Assembly (NCBI GenBank): GCA_964640155.1
Contig: CAZXEQ010000004.1
Coordinates: forward strand, 30,001-62,000
Reading direction: 5' to 3'
From: an uncultured bacterium
GTDB taxonomy: Bacteria > Auribacterota > JACPWU01
Length of the DNA stretch: 32,000 nt
The notes under the pieces are model-generated. The model worked only from the letters and a program-made list of their open reading frames with translations. It was not told where the DNA came from and searched no databases. The translations under genes and the position numbers were made by a program. This document shows, piece by piece, positions 31,484-32,000 of this stretch (its first letter is position 1; every line of letters begins with the position of its first letter).

Positions 31484-32000
31484 ATGGAAAAATCTAAAAT
31501 TATGGACGAAGCTTCTCTCAATAGAACGGTGATGCGAATTTCGCATGAAATTGCTGAGAGAAACAAAGATTTATCCAATCTTGTCCTCATTGGGATTCAA
31601 ACTCGAGGCACCCATTTAGCTAAGCGAATTCAGGAAAATCTTTTTAAAATTGAAAACGTTAAACCTTTGCTGGGATTTTTGGATATCAGTTTATATCGAG
31701 ATGATTTAGATCAAAAGGGAGGAAATATTAAAGTTCAAGAAACACATCTTCCTTTTGATATCACGGGCAAAAATGTGATTTTGGTGGATGATGTTATTTT
31801 CTCAGGCAGAACCATTCGAGCTGCAATCGATGAGTTAATGGACTTTGGGCGACCTGAAAGGATTCAATTGGCTGTTTTGATCGATCGAGGACATAGAGAA
31901 CTTCCCATACGTCCGGATTATGCTGGCAAAAATGTACCTACTTCTTTTAAAGACGATATTCAGGTTCTTATGACTGAAGTAGACGGACGAGATGAAGTTG
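31484..32000 (+). CDS. pyrR: bifunctional pyrimidine operon regulator/uracil phosphoribosyltransferase PyrR (3' end outside window)
   Basis: My own translation from the ATG at 31484 gives MEKSKIMDEASLNRTVMRISHEIAERN...VILVDDVIFSGRTIRAA (PRPP-binding motif)...RPDYAGKNVPTS. The frame is open to the window end. GGAGAA RBS 4-5 nt upstream. Confidence 0.9.
   Translation, partial: MEKSKIMDEASLNRTVMRISHEIAERNKDLSNLVLIGIQTRGTHLAKRIQENLFKIENVKPLLGFLDISLYRDDLDQKGGNIKVQETHLPFDITGKNVILVDDVIFSGRTIRAAIDELMDFGRPERIQLAVLIDRGHRELPIRPDYAGKNVPTSFKDDIQVLMTEVDGRDEV

Noticed and set aside
1-32000. Search by eye for tRNA, rRNA, tmRNA, SRP or RNase P genes, transposases, integrases, toxin-antitoxin pairs, restriction-modification or other defence genes.
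   Set aside because: None recognised. Every ORF over 100 codons that I accept is accounted for by the features listed, and the intergenic regions are short apart from those discussed.

Overview
AT-rich (about mid-30s % GC by eye) bacterial chromosomal segment with 22 protein-coding genes, all but one on the + strand. All calls rest on motif recognition and manual folding; no searches were run. Most of the window is housekeeping. It holds a partial DUF1015 gene, two small hypothetical genes, yggS-proC-yggT, a convergent EamA transporter, and ileS-dksA-like-lspA-lgt-rluD. Then come an Rrf2 regulator with a full sufBCDSUT operon, a K+-independent membrane pyrophosphatase, and pyrR behind an apparent PyrR attenuator. 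I saw no rRNA, tRNA, CRISPR array, transposase or integrase. The outstanding feature is an intact giant ORF of about 3,850 codons (16914/16947..28502). It has an N-terminal signal-anchor, a large uncharacterised helical body and a two-level internal repeat system. That system comprises eight 82-aa units of 246 nt, 584 nt of them perfectly identical at DNA level, nested in a 972-nt higher-order duplication. The C-terminal domain is unmistakably similar to isocitrate dehydrogenase kinase/phosphatase (AceK), with its kinase motifs intact. That fusion is not the canonical AceK architecture and is my main candidate for something undescribed. Secondary candidates are a GC-rich, about 115-nt rod-like structured element in two co-oriented copies (upstream of yggS and of ileS), and a conserved 18-bp palindrome flanking the Rrf2 gene that is a likely operator.
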